A stretch of 64,000 nucleotides of DNA. Origin: Phallusia mammillata (lineage: Eukaryota). Under the pieces are notes generated by a model. That model had not been told where the DNA came from and ran no database searches. It saw only the letters and a program-made list of their open reading frames with translations. The translations under genes and the position numbers were made by a program. Below are positions 63,449-64,000 of this stretch, piece by piece; the stretch's first letter is position 1; the number at the start of each line of letters is the position of its first letter. Location: positions 32,364,001 to 32,428,000 of the forward strand of contig OZ281494.1 in the NCBI GenBank assembly GCA_965637545.1, in the 5' to 3' direction.

Positions 63449-64000
63449 TTATTTAATGTAGGGTAAAAACATTTTTTGTAAGTTTATTTCAGCTCCAATC
63501 TTGCTGGCCCACTTACTTTCATAGATGTCCAGTAGATGGATAGGTGGCTGCTCCAAAAAATGCACCCGAAAACACGTGCTGATAGGGTCACGGGCGTTGG
63601 CGCTATGCTCTGTGGCATAGTGCTGACAAAGGGCTGCCTTTTCGTTATAATCACCCGGTTTGAAAGAATTCCACATAGATCTGTGTCCCGTCCAACGTAC
63701 TGAAAACTTATTTTTTGTTTGACCGACATACTGCTTTTGGCATATTGTGCAGGTGGCAGCATATATGCCATAGTTGCGGCATGTGAGTGTTTGCCGTAAC
63801 TTTGTTACACCCTTTTTGCTTTCTATGTTAGTGGTATAGTCAACCATTCCTTTGTGATTTCCAAAGTGTCCACACAAAGCACAGTGTCCACAAGGTGCAG
63901 ATGAGCCCCCAATAGGCATGGAACTGTTTTCCCCGACTTGCGCTAGCCGTCTGTAGCGGGTAAGGAGGTTTCCGAGTGTTGGTGGTCGTTTGTATGTTAT
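63449..64000 (-). CDS. 3' part (linker + GIY-YIG) of the second tandem Penelope copy, 5'-truncated by the window edge
   Basis: Near-identical to 60138-60689, differing by Q>H and K>E substitutions. Confidence 0.85.
   Translation of the reverse strand: MTYKRPPTLGNLLTRYRRLAQVGENSSMPIGGSSAPCGHCALCGHFGNHKGMVDYTTNIESKKGVTKLRQTLTCRNYGIYAATCTICQKQYVGQTKNKFSVRWTGHRSMWNSFKPGDYNEKAALCQHYATEHSANARDPISTCFRVHFLEQPPIHLLDIYESKWASKIGAEINLQKMFLPYIK

Larger units (their letters stand above)
59785..64000 (-). mobile_element. Penelope-like retroelement (C-terminal GIY-YIG, Neptune-like linker) in partial tandem/pLTR arrangement; continues beyond the window
   Basis: 63096-64000 repeats 59785-60689 with a 3311-bp period and only two substitutions noticed. 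Full RT+EN ORF. Hammerhead motifs in both repeats. Confidence 0.95.

Noticed and set aside
1-64000. CRISPR arrays, rRNA or intact tRNA genes
   Set aside because: None seen. The tRNA-like pieces (about 26905, 39956, 42733) are isolated B-box fragments consistent with SINE relics.

Overview
This is eukaryotic, intron-containing, AT-rich DNA, most likely from an ascidian tunicate. That assignment is inferred from the short GT-AG introns, CpG-rich versus CpG-poor domains and pervasive TGACGTCA motifs. The left 40 kb is the regulatory landscape of a ZFHX3/4 (ATBF1/zfh2)-like zinc-finger homeobox gene. Only its first four coding exons are visible (18577-17380, minus strand); the rest appears to lie beyond the left edge. 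The right part holds four compact spliced genes: a Tctex1-domain dynein light chain (-), an MMD/PAQR protein (+), ARL6IP1 (-), and a RIPK-like kinase with five repeated cassette exons and a C-terminal TPR domain (+). The window ends in an intact, tandemly arranged Penelope-like retroelement carrying two minimal hammerhead ribozymes, and three non-autonomous hAT elements are also present. The best leads are the kinase with its frame-preserving repeat exons and promoter kB site, two perfect DR5 retinoic-acid elements at ZFHX (one inside a coding exon), CRE palindromes written into ZFHX codons, a lumenal Cys-loop insertion in MMD, and the ribozyme-flanked Penelope unit. All gene models, counts and homology calls were made by eye and from memory of the families; no searches were run.
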